Below, piece by piece: positions 56,908-64,000 of a stretch of DNA of 64,000 nucleotides (position 1 is the stretch's first letter; every line of letters starts with the position of its first letter). This DNA is from Spironucleus salmonicida. Its lineage: Eukaryota. The position numbers and the translations under genes were made by a program. Location of the stretch: contig NC_090599.1 of the NCBI RefSeq assembly GCF_000497125.1, positions 186,001 to 250,000 of the forward strand, written 5' to 3'. The notes below the pieces were generated by a model, which was given only the letters and a program-made list of their open reading frames with translations, did no database searches and had not been told where the DNA came from.

Positions 56908-59079
56908 ATGGGATGCGGTTGTACGACATCTCAAGAAACTGGTAGTGTCGTAAACTAATTTATTGCTCATGATCCATATTATTAAATGATTTAAACTAAT
57001 TTTAAAGTATTAATGGGCAAAGTACCTAATTGTAAATGTTTTAAATTCAGTAGGCAAGATGTATTTTAAAATCCTGTAATTCCTCACGAAAAATATCTGA
57101 ATGGTAAGTAATTATTATTGCTCTCATAGATTTAACAATCTATTTTGTTATAGAAAAATATACTTGTATTAGTAATCCCTGTTACAGAGATTGATGCATT
57201 GGAAGTTCTATTTATATTAAATTTATATACAGAATTAAATTTTGACTTTATATTTTTAAATTAAGAAAGAGAAATAAAGATGATATTTATGTCATTCCCG
57301 ATTTAATTTTTTTCTATATAGTTTTCACGGTGTTGTTACTTAACACATTAAAATACTTAATTTAAATTTAATATAGAATATAAGAGCTAACGATTCCTAT
57401 ACTTTTCCGAATAATTTAGCGAATTTATATTAAAAGTTATGAATTATGATATTAGGTAATTAAGTTTATATTAGCTAAAAAAATTTGGATTTTAAACAGA
57501 TAATACACCATATTTTTTTGATGATAAGATCACAGAACCTTTAAACGAGCTTTTACCTAGTGCTATCTCACGCAGTTTGTAACTTAGAAATAGTTGTAAT
57601 GGACTTAAAGAAGGAAAAGACGTTGAAAATATAATTTAAAGTTTGATAACGGATCTAATAATGATAAGCGATGAACTGCAAGATATTTTTATAAATAGTG
57701 TTAAAATTTTAGTTGTGACAAATAATTTAATTATATTTTAAGTATTTTCTTGCATTTCAAATAGCTTTTCATTAAAAGTATCAAAAATTGGAAATTGTTG
57801 CAAATATGAACCATTGTAATCATCAAAACTTACCACATTAGAATAAAAATTTTAATAATTCAATATCAATTTATCAAAGCGTCGCTAACCACTTTTTTAA
57901 TAAAATGATATACTTTTTGAGAATATGCCTTCACTTAAAACAAAAATGTTAACTTAATTTCTTCCAATTACTTTAAAAGATTGTATTCGACAACTTCTAG
58001 ATGGTATTAATAAAATTTCAAGTAAAATGTCAGCTTTAGAGTTTAATTAACTAGTTTTTGTTTTATAAAGCGAATATTTTGAGTTAAGTAATATTTGCTT
58101 AACTTATTATGTGGATATGTAATTATTAACAGTTAATTTAGTAAATATATCCAATTCTGAAAATCTATTGTAATAATCATTAAAATTAATAAAAGAATCT
58201 CATATCCATGATAAACGTGTCATAGGAGCATATTATAAAGACCACGAAATAGATTTATTATATAGAATTTTTAACTTTATTAGCATAGAATTTGACTAAA
58301 AACTAAATTTTAACGAATGTATATAATATAAATCTGAGGCTATGAATACTTCGTAGTTTATTTAAGCCCTCTACACATATGTATGCTAAATTTATGGATT
58401 CCGATCATATACAATTTAAAATTCTATAGGAGCTACGATATCTATTGTTCAAGTGAATAAAAATGGTGAGATCCTAAATGCAGCTGTCGATTTTGCTTCC
58501 AGATTATTTTTTGTGTCAGAATCCCAATTACCTTATTAATATTAACTCAAATTCAAGTTAAACGACTCAATGAATAACATTAAAAAAAAGTTCCTTTTTT
58601 ATTTACCTAATGCCTCGCTTATGAAAAAATTGGTTAAAAACCTTATTGAAAATTCAGACTAGGCAGTTAATTTATAATCTTCTTTTGCAAATTCGTTAGT
58701 GAATACTTAACGTAGTATTGCAGATCAAAGTGGTCGAATAGACCTTCTTGAGAGGTCCGGACGATGGGAAGTCCGATGTTGGGTCGAGGGCTAGGAGAGC
58801 TATGACTATTTTATTGATTATTTTGCTTCTGCTCTATGCAAACCTAATGGGTAATTGCCATTAGGACTTAAAATATAAAATTTTGGACAAATTGTACAAT
58901 TAAATTTGAGCTTTTCTGATCCAATAAGAGAGTGGAGTAATTATTTTTTAAATAAGAGTGGTGTGTTTCTTGTTTAATAAAATGAACTTCGTGGTATTAT
59001 AGAAAAGACAAACTGCCACTTCATAGGTGTTATGAATTTAAATGGTCTCAATTTGCTAATTATTGAGTATGCAGATTGA
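56908..59079 (+). CDS. Hypothetical protein (723 aa) with N-terminal dual-acylation motif MGCGC
   Basis: MGCGCTTSQE start (Gly2 plus Cys3/Cys5); long code-6 ORF. Confidence 0.72.
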
Positions 59080-59115
59080 TTATTATATTATTTTAATATA
59101 TTATAATAAATTCAG

Positions 59116-60003
59116 ATGAAATTTACGATTTCTTAAACTTAGGTTAGAGGACCAGGGTAAAAAGTTAATAATATTAAAACAGATTTTAAGTGGATAGATT
59201 AAGCTAGATTTAATCTAGATATGTTTAAAGAAACTGCTAACAAATAAGATGAAGCTTTAACAATTAAATAATCAGTTGCATCTATGTACCGATAGCCTAA
59301 GAATGCATCACTATCAGAATTACAAGTTATATAATAACCATATGAATCTATATCTTCAAATGTATAAGTATAGGACAGTATGGATTTTTCCGAATAGTTT
59401 TAAAATCAATAGAGTTATACTAAACTGGCAAACAAAGACTTTTAATCTAACTTACGTAAAAATCATTTTAATAATTTAGATGATAGTGATAGAAAAATCA
59501 TTAGATTTAACGACAAATCATATTTACTTGCTTAATATGGTAAAACTTACAAAGATTCTTAACTTTAGTAGTAAATTATTGATTCTGTTAATGAATAGTA
59601 ATAATATTAGTAATCAGTTATTTAATAAAACCAGTAACATAATAGTGAGGTAGAATCTATCGTACCAATCCAATAATAAGCGTAATTTAATAAATCAGCT
59701 GTTTTGCATAAGTTATCTGACAAAATTTAATAAATTGATGATTTGAATTTCTCTGAATACGATTTAGCTAAGTCGTATTTAAACTATTACACGGAGGATA
59801 TTAAATTAGAATAGACTACGTATGATGATTTTAATATTTAAATATATGAAATTTTAAATATTTAATAAGGACCCTTATCAAAAGTGTAGACATTAGATAA
59901 ACTTAGAGCAATAATAATATAAAATGAACAACTCATTACTGAAAATAATAAGCTTAAGTCTAAACTTATAGGTATAAATAATGACTTGGGATAATTTATG
60001 TGA
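59116..60003 (+). CDS. Hypothetical Gln-rich protein (295 aa)
   Basis: Code-6 ORF from ATG59116 to TGA60001-3 with a C-terminal coiled coil. Confidence 0.65.
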
Positions 60004-60015
60004 TATGATATATTT

Positions 60016-62571
<2,556 letters not shown>

Positions 62572-63498
62572 TCGGCGAAAAGATCAAAATTTGCATTAAA
62601 TTGATTTCTTATATAATAAATATATACTCGTTTGAAAATATAAACTTTTAACATTATTTATATCATATTCATACACATCAAAAATAGAAGAAATGCAAAC
62701 ATTATCAAAAAATAGTCGGGTATAACTATTTATAATATTATAAACCAAAAAACTATCACGAAAATAATAAACTAATATATCAGTTTTACACAAATCCACA
62801 ATATTTTGTGTGCTTTTTAACAACAAATATATTATAAATAAAAATTTACCTCGTATTAAAACTATCATAAGAATATCAGTCAAATAGAGAATCCTTCTTT
62901 TATCTAAAAATTCCACTTTTTAAACCATCCTCCATATGCCATCTCCTCAACAAGAAATTCAAAGTTTATATTTTAAATATCAAGCCGCATATTATCGATT
63001 GTATATAAAGGATATTTTGTTTTCATGAACCTATCTATAGTCTTTCCATATTTATCTTTACTTAACACTACTTGATCCCATACAACTTATTTCTACTATC
63101 CATTAATTTTATCATCCCATATTGCTATCACTGCAATGTAAAATTATTTTGTAGTAAACTAAACCATATTATTGATATCATATTTTAAATTAAACATCAA
63201 ATAAGAACTTTACTAGTTATTTTATACTTTATGCCCATATAATGAACAATTACTTATTTACAATATCTGAGGCTCCTTAGTAGTTATTCTAGATAAATAC
63301 TGAATGAATATCATTGACATCATGAGTGTAAACATTTAAAATGTTAAAATTCTATATAACCTTTGCCCAGCCGTAAACATTATTTTATATAATATTCTTA
63401 TTATTTTACTATAATAATATTAATTTATAACTAATTCCATATCTTTTTCTATAAATATTATATAATATTACATCGAAATCATTTCCGCTCTTAAAACC

Positions 63499-64000
63499 AT
63501 GAAATAGGATAAACTCTCTTTATCATCGAACACAACTATTTCAGATCAGCTACAGACTGATTCATTCAAGGAGTTTACTAAAGTTTCTTCAATAACAGCA
63601 AACTACCCTCATTATAATCTCTGCGTTATTTTAAATAAAATCTGTTTCGACTTAGCCTCTCAAACTACCAAATCGACTCCAAAAACTCCAGCCAAACATA
63701 TTTTAACGACTACACCTGCTACAGCGAAAAGGGAGGTATAATAAACCCTTCCTGAAATGGATCTTCCGAAATCATTTGAAACTGATGCTAACACAGACCT
63801 TCAAAATGGTGCTAAACATCAAAATAAATCATTTTCAAATGATATTTTTTCAGATTTCAGTTATTTGACACCATCTACATCAAATTTTAAATAGATTGTT
63901 ATCTCTACCCCTTAAATAGAGAAAGCGCGCGAGATTTGTGCATATTTAAGCTCAATAAAAAGGGCATAAATACATAGCAAAAGCTAATTATTGAAGATTT
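63499..64000 (+). CDS. Hypothetical protein, 5' part (runs off the window)
   Basis: ATG63499 is preceded by TTTCCGC; no in-frame TGA up to the window end. Confidence 0.6.

Overview
Gene-dense, AT-rich eukaryotic DNA that uses the TAA/TAG=Gln, TGA-only-stop code (translation table 6), so the supplied standard-code ORF track shows only fragments. Re-read by hand in that code, the window holds 23 complete and 1 partial protein genes, apparently intronless, mostly with very short spacers. This fits a hexamitid diplomonad such as Spironucleus (inference). Recognisable genes: DEAD-box helicase, Ulp1 SUMO protease, WDR90-like, Rrp6, a bromodomain protein, two small Myb/SANT-like proteins, DNA polymerase epsilon, a Ser/Thr kinase fused to a PDK/BCKDK-like GHKL domain, METTL25-like methyltransferase, a C-terminal-only outer-arm dynein beta heavy chain, KATNAL2, ASCC3/Slh1, CFAP43 and a DYRKP kinase. 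Most notable: (1) a dynein heavy chain gene that starts inside the AAA1 lid, (2) the ePK-GHKL kinase fusion, (3) recurring CpG-rich islands where strand skew flips from C-rich to G-rich, (4) a TTCCGCAA element at several start codons and AGTGA at many stops, (5) Pol epsilon lacking CysB. Gene ends and frames were checked by hand at termini and sampled internal positions, not at every codon. No RNA genes, mobile elements or CRISPR arrays were supported.
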